Below, piece by piece: positions 41,761 through 56,400 of a stretch of 64,000 nucleotides of DNA (position 1 is its first letter; every line of letters begins with the position of its first letter). Both the position numbers and the translations under genes were made by a program. The stretch comes from the human T2T-CHM13v2.0 reference genome, Homo sapiens, in assembly GCF_009914755.1 (NCBI RefSeq), contig NC_060944.1. One strand, 5' to 3'. Below the pieces are notes generated by a model, which did no database searches, was not told the DNA's origin, and saw only the letters and a program-made list of their open reading frames with translations.

Positions 41761-43610
41761 ACGGAACCAACACCAGTGGAATGAAATGGAAAGGAGCGGA
41801 ATGGACAGGAAAGGAATGGAAAGGAACTGAATGTAATGGAATCGAATGGAGTGGAATTGAATTGAATGGAATGGAATCAATGTGAGTGAAATGGAATGGA
41901 ATGGAACGGAATGGAGGGGAATGGAATGGAATGAAATGGAATGCAATGGAATCAATGCGAGTGCAATGGAATGGAATGGAATGGAATGGAATGGAATGGA
42001 GTAAATAAAATGGAATTTATTTGAATGGAATGGAATAAACGGGAATGGAATGGAATGGAATGGAATGGAATGGTATGGAATGGAATGCCATGGAATGGAA
42101 TGGAATGGAATTAACAAGAATGGAAAGGAATGGAATGGAATGGAATGGAATGGAATGGAATGGAGAGGAGGCAAACCGAGTGGAATGAAATGGATTGCAA
42201 TGGAATAGAAAGGAATGGAATGGAACGGAATGGAATGCAACGGAATGGAGTGGAATGGAATGGAATAGAATGGAATGGAATGGAATGGAATCAATAAAAG
42301 TGGAATGGAATGGAATGGAATGGAATGGAATGGAGTGGAATTGATTGGAATTGATATGAATGGAATGGAATCAACTGGAATGGAACGGAATGGAATGGAA
42401 TGGAATGGAATGGAATGGAATGGAATGGAATGGAATGGAATCAACTACAATGGAAAGGAATGGAATGGAACGCAATGGAATGGAATTGAATGGAATGGAA
42501 TCAACCCTTGTGAAATGTAACACAAAGCAATGGAATGGAATGGAATGGAATGGAATGGAATGGAATGGAATGGAATGGAATGGAATCAATAAAAGTGGAA
42601 TGGAATGGAATGGAATAAAACGGAATGGAATCAATAAAAGTGGAATGGAATGGAATGGAATACAACGGAATGGAATGGAATGGAATGGAATGGAATACTC
42701 CGGAGTGGAATGGAATGGAATGGAATGCAATGGATTCGATTGGAATTTAACTAACCCGATTGGAATGGAGTGGAATGGAATGGAATGGAACGGAAAGAAG
42801 CCGATTGGTATGCAGTGGACTGCAAAGGCATGGAATTGAAAGGGATGGAATGGAATGGAATGGAATGGAATGGAATGGAATCAACCAGAGTGGAATGGAA
42901 TGGAATGGAGTGGAATGGAATGGAAAAGAATGGAATGGAATGCAATCAACCCGAGTGCAATGGAATGGGGTGGAATGGAATGGAATGGAATGGATTGGAA
43001 TGGAATGGAATGGAATGCAATGGAATGGAATAGCGTGGAATGTAATGGAATGCAATGGAAAGGAATCAAGCCAGGTGGAATCGAAAGGAATGGAATGGAA
43101 TTGAATGCAATGGAATTGAATGGAATGAACCCGAGTGGAATGTAATGGCATGGAATGGAGTGGAATCGAATGGAAAGGATTCAAAGCGATTGGAAAGGAA
43201 TGGAATGGAATGGAATGGAATCAACCCGAGTGGAATGGAGTGCAACGGAATGGAATGAAATGGAATGGAATGGAATGGAATGGAATGGAATCAACGTGAT
43301 TGTAAAGGAATAAAATGAAATGGAATGAAATGGAATGCAATTGAATCAACTCGATTGGAAAGGAATGGTTGGAATGGAAATAAAAGGAATGGAATGGAAT
43401 AAAATCAACCCGAATGGAATGGAATGGAATGGAATGGAATTTAATGGAATGGAATGGAATGGAATGGAATGGAATGGAATGGAATGGAATGGAATGGAAT
43501 CACCCCGAGAGGAATGGAATGGAATGGAATGGAAAGGAAGGGAATGGATTCAATCGAAATGGAATGGAATGGAATGGATTGGAATGGAATGGAATTGAAT
43601 GGAATAAATT
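41635..43610 (+). repeat. Paralog of 380-2160 and 5905-7870
   Basis: Shares ATAAACGGGAAT, CCCTTGTGAAATGTAAC, TACTCCGGAG (~42696), TTAACTAACCCG, GCCGATTGGTATGC, CACCCCGAGAGG and TTCAATCGAAAT. Confidence 0.88.
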
Positions 43611-43639
43611 GGAATGGATTGGAATGGAATGGAATGGAA

Positions 43640-46600
43640 TGGAATCAACCAGGTTGAAATGTAATGGAATGGAATGGAATGGAATGGAATGGAATGGAAT
43701 GGAATGGAATGAAAAGGATTGGAATCAACCTGCGTGGAATGTAGTGCATTCGAATGGAATGGAATCAACCCGATAGGAATGGAATGAAATGGAATGGAAT
43801 GCAATGGAACTGAATGGAAAGGAATGGAATCAATCTTACTGGAATGGAAGGGAATGGAATGGAAAGGAATGGAATGGAATGGAATGCAATGGAATCAACC
43901 CGACTGGACTGGAATGGAATGGAATGGAATGGAATGGAATGGAATGAAATGGAGTCAAACCGACTGGAATGGAATGGAATGGATTGGAATGGAATGGAAT
44001 GGAATCAACTCGAAGGGAGTGGAATGGAATGGAATGGAATGGAATGGAGTGGAATGGAATCCACCCACGTGGAATGGAATGGATTGGAAAGGATTTTAAT
44101 GAATGGAATGGAATGGAATGGACTTCACACGACTGCAACGGAATGTAATGGAATGGAATGGAACCAACCCGAGTGGAATGGAATGGAATGGAAATTAATG
44201 GGATGGAATGGAATGCAATCAACCCGAGGGAATGGAATGGAATGCAATGAAATGGTTTGGAATGGTGTGGAATGGAATGGAATGGAATGCAATGGAATGG
44301 AATCAAAGCGAGTGCAATGGAATGGAATGAAATGGAATGGAATGGAATCAACACGACTGGAATGGAAGGGAATGGAATGGGATGGGATGGAATGGAATGG
44401 AATGCAATGCAATGGAATCAACCCGAGTAGAATTGAAAGGAATGGAATGGAATGGAATGGAATGGAATGCAATGTAATCCACCCGATTAGAATGGAAAGG
44501 AATGGCATGGAATGGAATGGAATGGAATGGAATGGAATGGAATGGAATGCAAGGGCATGGAATGGAATGCAGTCAACTGGAATGGAATGGAATGGAATGG
44601 AATCAACACGAATAGAATGAAATGGAAAAGAGTGGAATGGACAGGAAAGGAATGGAAAGGATCTAAATGTAATGGAATCGAATGGAGTGGAATTGAATGG
44701 AATGGAATGGAATCAATGTGAGTGAAATGGAATGGAATGGAACGGAATGGAGGGGAATGGAATGGAATGGAATGGAATGCAATGGAATCAATGCGAGTGC
44801 AATGGAATGGAATGGAATGGAATGGAATGGAGTGGAATGCAGTAAATAAAATGGAATTTATTTGAATGGAATTTAATCGAATGGAATGGAATGGAATGGA
44901 ATGGAATGCAATGGAATGGAATGCCATGGAATGGAATGGAATGGAATTAACAAGACTGGAAAGGAATGGAATGGAATGGAATGGAATGGAATGGAATGGA
45001 ATGGAATGGAGAGGAGGCAAACTGAGTGGAATGGAATGGACTGCAATGGAATGGAAAGGAATGGAATGGAATGGAATGGAATGGAATGCAACGGAATGGA
45101 GTGGAATGGAATGGAATGGAATAGACTGGAATGGAATGGAATGGAATCAATGCAAGTATAATGGAATGGAATGGTATGGAATAGAATGGAGTGGAGTTGA
45201 TTGAAGTTGATATGAATGGAATGGAATCAACTGGAATGGAACAGAATGGAATGGAATGGAATGGAAGCAACTAGAATGGAAAGGAATGGAATGGAATGCA
45301 ATGGAATGGAATGGAATGGAATGGAATGGAATCAACAAAAGTGGAATGAAATGGAATGGAATACAACGGAATGGAATGGAATGGAATGGAATAAACCAGA
45401 GTGGAATGGAATGGAATGGAATGCAATGGATTCGTTTGGAATTTAATTAACGCGATTGGAATGGAGTGGAATGGATTGTAATGGAATGGAAAGAAGCCGA
45501 TTGGAATGCAGTGGACTGCAAAGGAATGGAATTGAAAAAGATGGAATGGAATGGAATGGAATGGAATGGAATGGAATGGAATGCAATGGAATGGAATGGA
45601 ATGGAATGAAATGGAGTCAACCCGAGTGGAATGGAATGGAATGGAATGGAAAAGAATGGAATGGAATACAATCAACCCGAGTGGAATGGAATGGAGTGGA
45701 ATGGAATGGAATGGATTGGAATGGAATGGAATCGAATGCAATGGAATGGAATAGCGTGGAATGAAATGGAATGCAATGGAAAGGAATCAAGCCAGGTGGA
45801 ATTGAAAGGAATGGAATGCAATTGAATGCAAAGGAATTGAATGGAATCAACCCGAGTGGAATGTAATGGCATGGAATGGAGTGGAATGGAATGGAAAGGA
45901 ATGGAATGGATTCAACGTAATTGGAAAGGAATGGAATGGAATGGAATGGAATCAACCCGAGTGGAATGGAGTGCAACGGAATGGAATGAAATGGAATGGA
46001 ATGGAATGGAATGGAATCAACGTGATTGTAAAGGAATAAAATGAAATGGAATGAAATGGAATGCAAATGAATCAACTCGATTGGAAAGGAATGGTTGGAA
46101 TGGAAATGAAAGGAATGGAATGGAATGAAATCAACCCGAATGGAATGGAATGGAAGGGAATTCAATGGCATGGAATGGAATAGAATGGAATCACCCCGAG
46201 TGGAATTGAATGGAATGGAATGGAATGGAAGGGAAGGGAATGGAATGGAATGGATTCAAACCAAATGGAATGGAATGGAATGGATTGGAATGGAATGGAA
46301 TTGAATGGAATAAACTGAAGTGGAATGGTATAGAATGGAAAGGAATGGATTGGAATGGAATGGAATGGGAAGGAATGGAATCAAATAGAATGGAAAGGAA
46401 TGGAATGGAATGGAATGCAGTGGAATGGAATGGAATGGAATCAACCCCTGTGGAATGTAATGCAAAGGAATTGAATGGAAAGGAATGGAATAAACAAAAG
46501 TGGAATGGAAGGGAATGGAATAGAATTGAATGGAATGGAATGGAAAGCATTGGAGTCAACCCGAATGAAATCGAATGGAATGGAATGCAATGGAATGGAA

Positions 46601-49600
46601 TGGAATGGAATGCAATGCAATGGAATGGAATGGAATGGGATGGAATGGGATGGAAGGGAATCAAACCGAGTGGTGTGGAATGGAATTGAATGTAATGAAA
46701 TGGAATAAACTGCAATTGAAAGGAATGGAATGGAATGTAATGGAAACAACCTGAGTGGAATGGAATTGAATGGAATGGAATGGAATGGAATCAACCCGAG
46801 TGGAATTGAATTGAATGGAATGAAAGGGAATGGAATAAATGCGAATGGAATCGAATGGAATGAATTGATTGGAATTAACCCGAGTGAAATGGAATGGAAA
46901 GGAATGGAATGGAATTTAATGCAATTGAATGGAATGGAATGGAATCAACGTGAGTGGAATGGAATAAAATGGAATGGAATGGAAAGCAATGGAATTGAAT
47001 GGAATCAACCAGAGTTGAATGGAATTGAATGGAATGGAATGGATTGGAATCAACCCAAATGGAATGGAATGGAATGGCATTGAATGGAATTACCCCGAGT
47101 GAAATGGCATGGAAAGGAACGGAATATAATTTAATGGAATAGAATGGAATGGAATGGAATCAACCCGATTGGAATTGAATGGAATGAAATGGAATGCAAT
47201 GGAATGAAATGGAACCAATAAGAGTGGTATGGATTGGAATGGAATGGAATGGAATGAAAGTTAATGGAAAGAACCCGAATGTTATGGAATGGAACGGAAT
47301 GGAATGGAATGGAATGGAATGGAAATGAATGGAAAGGAATACACCAGAGTGGAATGGAATAGAATGGAATGGAATGGAATGGAATGGAATGGAATTGAAA
47401 GGAATGGAATCAATCTGACAGGAATGGAATAGAATGAAATGGAATGGAATGGCATGGAATGGAATGGAATCAACCCGAGTGGAATGGATTTGAATAGAAT
47501 GGAAGGGAATAGAATGGATTTGAATGGAATGGAATCAACCCGAGTGGAATGGAAAAGAATGGAATGCAATGGAATGGAATGCATTGGAAGGGAATAGAAT
47601 GGAACGAAATCAACCCGAGTGGAGTTGAATTGAATGGAATGGAAAGGAATGCAAAGGAATGCAATCAAACCGAGTGGAAGAGAGTAGAATGGAATGGAAG
47701 GGAATGGAATGGAATAAACTGGAGTGGAATGGATTGGAGTGGAATGGAATGGAATGGAATGTATTGGAATGGAATGAAATTAAACCGATTGAAATGGAGT
47801 GGAATGGAATAGAATGGAATGGAATGGAAAGAAACGGGTTGGAATGCAGTGGACAGGAAAGAAATGGAATTGAATGGAATGGAATGAAAAGGAATGGAAA
47901 GCAATGGAATGGAATGGAATGGAATCAACACGAATGGAATGGAATTTAATGGAATGGAATTGAATGGAATGGAATGGACTGGAATTTAATGTAATGGAAT
48001 GGAATGGAATGGAATCAACCCGAGTGGTATGCCATGGAGTGGAATGGAATGGAATGGAATGGAATCAACCCGAGTGTTATGCAAAGGAGTGGAATGGAAT
48101 GGAATGGGATGGAATGCAGTCAACACGAGTAGAATGGAAAGGATTGTAATGGAACGGAATGGAACGGAATGCAATCAAACCGAATGGAATGGAATGGAAT
48201 CAACCCGAGTGGAATGGAATGGAATGGAATGGAATGGAATTGAGTGGAATCAACATGAGTGCAATGGAATGGAAAGGAATGGAATGGAATGGAATGCAAT
48301 GGCATGGAATGGAATGGAATGGAGTGCAACGGAATAGAATGGAATGGAATGGAATGGAATGGAATTGATTGGAATGCGATGGAAAGGAATGGAAAGGAAC
48401 CACCTCAAATGCAAAGGAATAGAATGGAATGCAATGGAATGGAATGGAATGGAATGGAATGGAATGGAATGGAATGGAATGGAATAAACCCGAGTGGAAC
48501 GGAATGCAAAGGAACGGAATAGAGTGGAATGGAATTGAATGGAAAGGAACTGAATGGAATGGAATGGAATAGAGTGGAAAGAATGGCATGAAATGGAATG
48601 GAATCAATGCGAGTGTAATGTAATGGAATGGAATGGAATGGAGGGGAATGGAATGGAATGAAAAGGAATGGAATCAGTGCAAGTGAAATGGAATGGAATG
48701 GAATGGTGTGGAATCAACTGGAATGGAATGGAATGGAACAGAATGGAATGGAATTGAATGGAATGGAATCAATGAGAATGGAAAGGAATGGAATGGAATG
48801 GAATGCAATCAACCCGTGTGGAATGTAATGCAAAGGAATGGAATGGGATCAACAAAAGTGTAATGGAAGGGAATGGAATAGTATGGAATGGAAAGCAATG
48901 CAGTCAACACCAATGGAATCGAATGGAGTGGAATCTAATGGAATGGAATGGAATGGAATGGAATGTATTCAAACTGAGGTGAGTGGAATGGAATGGAATG
49001 TAATGGAATGGAATAAATTGGAATGGAAAGAATGGAATGGAACGGAATGGAATCAACCCCAGTGGAATGGAATGGAATGGAATTGAATGGAATTAACCGG
49101 CCTGAAATGGAATGGAAAGGAACGGAATGGAATTTAATGGAATGGAATTGAATGGAATGGAATGCAAAGGAACGGAAAGGAATGGAATGGAATGGAATTG
49201 AATGGAGTCAACGCAAGTGTAATTGAATGGAATGGAATGGAATGGAATGGAATGGAATGGAATGGAATGGAATCAAATAGAATAGAAACGAATGGAATGG
49301 AATGGAATGCAGTGGAATGGAATGGAATGGAATCAACCCGTGTGGAATGTAAGGCAAAGGAATGGAATGGAATGGAATGGAATCAACAAAATTGGAAGGG
49401 AAGGGAATGGAATAGAATGGAATGGAATGGAATGGAATCTACAAAAGTGGAATGGAATGGAATGGAATACAATGGAATGGAATGGAATGGAATGAAATGC
49501 AATGGATTCGATTGGAACTTAATTAACCCGATTGGAATGGAGTGGAATGGAATGGAATGGAAAGAAGCCGATTGGAATGCAGTGGACTGAAAAGGAATGG

Positions 49601-49640
49601 AATTGAAAGGGATGGAATGGAATGGAATGGAATGCAATGG
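43640..49640 (+). repeat. Paralog of 12160-17880
   Basis: Same private landmarks as 12160-17880. It contains ~410 bp (about 46765-47180) that is absent from the 15.3 kb copy. Confidence 0.9.
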
Positions 49641-50359
49641 AATAGAATGGAATGGAATGGAATGGAATGGAATGGAATGGAATGGAATCACCCAGAGTAT
49701 AATTGAATGGAATGGAATGGAATGGAATCGAATGGAATGGAATGGAATGGAATGGAATGGATTCAAACCAAATGGAATGGAATGGAATGGATTGGAGTGC
49801 AATGGAATTGAATGGAATAAACTGAAGTGGAATGGTATAGAATGGAATGGAATGGATTGGAATGCAATGGAATGGGAAGGAATGGAATCAACTAGAATGG
49901 AAAGGAATGGAATGGAATGGAATGCAGTGGAATGGAATGGAATGGAATCAACCCCTGTGGAATGTAATGCAAAGGAATGGAAAGGAATGGAATGGAATAA
50001 ACAAAAGTGGAATGGAAGGGAATGGAATAGAATGGAATGGAATGGAATGGAAAGCAATGGAGTCAACCCGAATGGAATCGAATGGAATGGAATGCAAAGG
50101 AATGGAATGGAATGGAATGGAATGGACTGGAATGGGATGGAATGGAATGAAACCGAGTGGAGTGGAATGGAATTGAATGAAATGGAATGGAATAAACTGC
50201 AAATGAAAGGAATGGAATGGAATGTAATGGAAACAACCAGAGTGGAATGGAATTGAATGGAATGGAATGGAATGGAATCAACCCGAGTGGAATGGAATTG
50301 AATCGAATGGAATGGAATGGAATCAACCAGAGTGGAATGGAATTGAATGGAATGGAATA

Positions 50360-52200
50360 GAATTAACCCGAGTGAAATGGAATGGAAAGGAATGGAATGG
50401 AATTTAATGGAATGGAATTGAATGGAATCAACCTGAGTGGACTGAAATGAAATGGAGTGGAATGGAAAGCAATGGAATTGAATGGAATCACCCAGAGTTG
50501 AATGGAATTGAATGGAATGGAATCAACCCAAATGGAATGTAATGAAATGGAATTGAATGGAATTACCCCGAGTGAAATGGCATGGAAAGGAACGGAATAG
50601 AATTTAATGGAATGGAATGGCATGCAATGGAATCAACCCGATTGGAATAGAATGGCATGAAATGGAATGCAATGCAATGGAATGGAACCAATAAGAGTGA
50701 AATGGATTGGAATGGAATGGAATGGAATGAAAGGGAATGGAAACAACGCGAGTGGAATGGAATGGAATGGAATGCAACGGAATGGAATGGAATGCAATGG
50801 AATGGAATGGAATACACCAGAGTGGAATGGAATAGAATGGAATGGAATGGAGTGGAATCAACCCCAGTGGAATGGAACGGAATGGAATGGAATGGAATGG
50901 AATGGAATGGAATGCAATGGAATGGAATGGAATGGATTGGAATCAAACCGAGTGTAATGGAATGGAATGGAAAGGAATGGAATGGAATGAAATCAACCCG
51001 AGTGGAATGGAATGGAATGGAATGGAATGGGATGGAATAGAATGAAATGACGTGGATTGGAATCAATCTGAGTGGAATGGAAAGGAATAGAAAGGAATGG
51101 AATTGAAGAGAATGGAATGGAATGGAATGGAATGGAACGGAACTTAAAGGAATCAACCAGAATGGAATTGACTGTAACGGACGGGAATGGAATGGAATGG
51201 AATGGAATGGAGAGGAATGGATTGGAGTGGAATGGAATGGAATGGAATGGAATGGAATGGAATGGTATCAATACAAGTGTAATTGAATGGAATGGAATGG
51301 AATGGAATGGAATGGAATGGAGAGGAATGGAATGGAATTGATTTGAATGCAATGGAATCACCTGAAATCGAATGGAATGGAATGGAATCAACTAGAATGG
51401 AAAGGAATGGAATGGAATGGAATGCAGTTGAATGGAATGGAATGGAATCAACCCGTGTGGAATGTAATGCAAAGGAATGGAATGGAATGGAATGGAATGG
51501 AATCATCAAAAGTGGAATGGAAGGGAATGGAATAGAATGGAATTGAATGGAATGGAATGGAAAGCAATGGAGTCAACCCGAATGGAATCGAATGTAATGA
51601 AATGCAATGGAATGGAATGGAATTGAATGGAATGGGAAAGGATGGAATGGAATGGAATCAACCAGAGTGGAATAGAATTGAATGGAATGGAATGGAATCA
51701 ACCCGAGTGGAATGGAATTGAATGGAATGGAATGGAATGGAATGGAATGGAATCAACCAGAGTGGAATGGAATTGAATGGAATGGAATGGAATGGAATCA
51801 ACCCGAGTGGAATGGAATTAAATGGAATGGAATGGAATGGAATCAACCCGAGTGGAATGGAATGGAATGGAATAGAATGGAATGGAATGGAAGGGAATGG
51901 AATGGAATTAACCCGAGTCAAATGGAATGGAAAGGAACGGAATGGAATTTAATGGAATGGAATCAACCTGAGTGGACTGGAATGAAATGGAGTGGAATGG
52001 AAAGCAATGGATTTGAATGGAATCAGCCAGAGTTGAATGAAATTGAACGGAATGGAATGGAATGGAATCAACCCAAATGGAATGTAATGGAATGGAATTG
52101 AATGGAATTACCCCGAGTGAAATGGCATGGAAAGGAACGGAATAGAAATTAATGGAATGAAATGGAATGGAATGGAATCAACATGAGTGGAATGGAATGG
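50360..52200 (+). repeat. Paralog of 21130-23710 without the 605 bp duplication
   Basis: CAACCTGAGTGGACTG, AATTGACTGTAA (~51166), GGTATCAATACAAGT, GCCAGAGTTG and AATAGAAATTAATGG (52141 vs 23651). Confidence 0.85.
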
Positions 52201-52249
52201 AATGAAATGGAATGGAATGGAATGGAATGGAATGGAATGGAATGGAATG

Positions 52250-53400
52250 GAAAGGAATGGACTCTAATGGAATAAATTGCAGTGGAATGGTATGGAATGC
52301 AAAGTAATATAATGAAAATGAGTGGAATCCAACAAAATGGAAAGGAAAGGAATGGAATGGAATGGAATGAATGGAATGGATTGGAAAGGAATCAACCCGA
52401 GTGGAATGGAAAGGAATGGAATGGAATGGAATGGAATGGAATGGAATGGAATGGAAAGGAATGGAATGGAATGGATTGGAATGGAATCACCCCGTGTGGA
52501 ATGGAAAGAATGGAATGCAATGGAAAGCAATGGCATGGAATGGAATGGAAAGGAATCGAATGGAATGGAATGGAATGGAATGGAATCAACCCGGGTGGAA
52601 TGTAATGGAATGAAATGGAATGGAATGGAATGGAATGGAATGGAATGGAATGGAATGAAATGGATTGGAATCAACCTGCGTGGAATGTAGTGCATTCGAA
52701 TTGAATGGAATCAACAAGATAGGAATGGAATGAAATGGAATGGAATTCAATGGAATGGAATGGAATGGAATGCAATGGAATCAACCCAAATGGAATGTAA
52801 TGAAATGGAATTGAATGGAATTACCCCGAGTGAACTGGCATGGAAAGGAACGGAATAGAATTTAATGGAATGGAATGGCATGCAATGGAATCAACACAAG
52901 TGCAATGGAATGCATTAAATGGAATGCAATGCAATGGAATGGAACCAATAAGAGTGGAATGGATTCGAATGGAGTGGAATGGAATGAAAGGGAATGGAAT
53001 CAACCCGAGTGGAATGGAATGGAATGGAATGGAATGGAATGGAAAGGAATGGAATGGAATGGAATGGAATGGAAAGCAATGGAATGGAATACACCATAGT
53101 GGAATGGAATAGAATGGAATGGAATGGAGTGGAATCAACCCCATTGGAATGGAATGGAATGGAATGGAATGGAATGGAATGGAATGGAATGGAAAGGAAT
53201 GGAATGGAATGGGATGGAATGGGTTGGAATCAAACCGAGTGGAATGGAATGGAATGCAATGGAATGGAAAGGAATGGAATGGAATGAAATAAACCCGAAT
53301 GGAATGGAATGAAATGGAATGGAATGGAATGGAATGGAATAGAATGGAATAGAGTGGATTGGAATCAATCTGAGTGGAATGGAAAGGAATGGAATTGAAG
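52250..53400 (+). repeat. Paralog of 19260-20420 (offset ~32.98 kb)
   Basis: ORF pairs 19304/52282, 19344/52322 and 19393/52371 all have offset 32978. Shared private variants are GAGTGAACTGGC and ACCCCATTGG. Confidence 0.88.
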
Positions 53401-56400
53401 AGAATTGAATGGAATGGAATGGAATGGAATGGAATGGAATGGAATGGAATGGAATGCAATGGAATTGAATGGAAAGGAATGGAGTCAACCCTACTGGAAT
53501 GGAAGGGAATGGAATGGAAAGGAATGGAATGGAATGGAATGCAATGGAATCAACCTGACTAGACTGAAATGGAATGGAATGGAATGGAATGAAATGGAGT
53601 CAAAACGACTGGTATAGAATGGAATGGAATGGAATGGAATGGAATGGAATGGAATGGAATGGAATCAACTCGAATGGAATGGAATGGAATGGAATAGAAT
53701 GGAATGGAATAGAATGGACTCAATGTGAGAGGAATGGAATGGAATGGATGGGATTGGCCTGGAACGAAATGGAATAGAATGGAACGGAATGCAATGGATT
53801 GCATTGAAATGGAATGGAAAGGAATAAAATCAAGTGAAATTGGATGGAATGGATTGGAATGGAATGGAATGGAATGGAATGGAATCCACCCAAGTGGAAT
53901 GGAATGGATTGGAATGGATTGGAATGGAATGGAATGGAATGGAATGGAATGTAACGGACTTCACACGAGTGCAACGGAATGGAATTGAATGGAACCAACC
54001 CGAGTGGATTGGAATGGAATGGAAATTAATGGAACGGAATGGAATGGAATCAACCCGAGTGGAATGGAATGTAATGCAATGAAATGGTTTGGAATGGTGT
54101 GGAATGGAATGGAATGGAATGCAATGGAATGGAATCAAAGCGAGTGGAATGGAATGGAATGAAATGGAATGGAATGGAATCAACACGAGTGGAATGGAAG
54201 GGAATGGAATGGGATGGGATGCAATGGAATGGAATGCAATGCAATGGAATCAACCCGAGTAGAATGGAAAGGAATGGAATGGAATGGAATGCAATGGAAT
54301 CCACCCAATTAGAATGGAAAGGAAAGGCATGGAATGGCATGGAATGGAATGGAATGGAATGGAATGGAAAGGAATACAAGGGCATGGAATGGAATGGAGT
54401 CAACTGGAATGGAATGGAATGGAATGGAACCAACACAAGTGGAATGAAATGGAAAGGAGCGGAACGGACAGGAAAGGAATGGAAATGAACTGAATGTAAT
54501 GGAATCGAATGGAGTGGAATTGAATGGAACGGAATGGAATCAATGTGAGTGAAATGGAATGGAATGGAACGTAATGGAGGGGAATGGAATGGAATGGAAT
54601 GGAATGCAATGGAATCAATGCCAGTGCAATGGAATGGAATGGAATGGAATGGAATGGAGTAAATAAAATGTAATTTATTTGAATGGAATGGAATCAACTG
54701 GAATGTAATGGAATGGAATGGAATGGAATGCCATGGAATGGAATGGAATGGAATTAAGAAGAATGGAAAGGAATGGAACGGAATGGAGAGGAGGCAAACC
54801 GAGTGTAATGGAATGGATTGCAATGGAATGGAACGGAATGGAATGGAATGCAAAGGAATGGAGTGGAATGGAATGGAATGGAATGGAATGGAATGGAATG
54901 GAATGGAATCAATGCAAGTGTAATTGAATGGAATGGAATGGAGTGGAGTGGAATTGATTGGAATTAATATGAATGGAATGGAACCAACTGGAATGGAACG
55001 GAATGAAATGGAATGGAATGGAATGGAATCAACTAGAATGCAAAGGAATGGAATGGAATGCAACGGAATGGAATGGAATGGAATGGAATCAACCCTTGTG
55101 AAACGTAAAGCAAAGGAATGGAATGGAATGGAATGGAATGGAATGGAATGGAATCAACAAAAGTGGAATGGAATGGAATGGAAGACAATGGAATGGAACG
55201 GAATGGAATGGAATGGAATAAACCGGAGTGGAATGGAATGGAATGGAATGCAATGGATTCGATTGGAATTTAATTAACCCGATTGGAATGGAGTGGAATG
55301 AAATAGAATGGAATGGAATGGAAAGAAGCCGATTGGAATGCAGTGGACTGCAATGGAATGGAAATGAAAGGGATGGAAAGGAATGGAATGGAATGGAATG
55401 CAATGGAATGGAATGGAATGGAAAGGAAAAGAATGGAATGGAATGCAATCAACCCGAGTGGAATGGAATGGAGTGGAAATGAACGGAATGGATTGGAATG
55501 GAATGGAATCTAATGGAAAGGAATGGAATAGCGTGGAATGTAATGGAATGCAATGGAAAGGAATCAAGCCAGGTGGAATCGAAAGGAATGGAATGGAATT
55601 GAATGCAATGGAATTGAACGGAATCAAGCCGAGTGGAATGTAATGGCATGGAATGGAGTGGAATGGAATGGAAAGGAATGGAGTGGATTCAACGCGATTG
55701 GAAAGGAACGGAATGGAATGGAAAGGAATGGAATCAACCCGAGTGGAATGCAATGGAATGGAATGGAATTGAATGGAATGGATTGGAATCAACAATGTGT
55801 GGAATGTATTGCATTCAAATAGAATGGAATGAACCCGAGAGGAATGGAATGGAATGGAATGGAAGGGAATGGAGTGGAATGGAATGGGATGGAATGGAAT
55901 GAACCCTAGTGGAATGGAATGGAATGGAATGGATTAGAATGGAATGGAATGGAATGGAACGGAATAGAATCAACCTTAAGGGAATGGAATGGAATGCAAT
56001 GAAGTGGAATAGAATGGTTGGAATGGAATGGAATAGAAACAAAACGAGTGGAATGGAATGGAATGGAAATGAATGGAATGGAATGGAATGGAAAAAACCT
56101 GAGTGGAATGGAATGGAATGCAATAGAATGCTATGGAATGGAATGGAATAGAATAGAATGGAATAGAATGGAATCAAAACGAGTGGATAAGAATGGAATG
56201 TAATGGAATGGATTGGAAACAAAACGAGTGGAATGGAATGCAATGGAATGGAATGGAATGGAATGCAATGGCATGGAATGGAATGGAATGGAATGGAATG
56301 GCATGGATTGGAATGCATTGGCATGGAATCGAATGGAATCAACTGGAATGGAAGGGAATGGAATGGAATGGAATCAGTTAGATTGGAATGGCATGGAATG

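Noticed and set aside
31-54680. AATAAA within GTAAATAAAA and GGAATAAA words as polyadenylation signals
   Set aside because: These arise by one or two substitutions from GGAATGGAA and have no associated gene or downstream GU-rich element.
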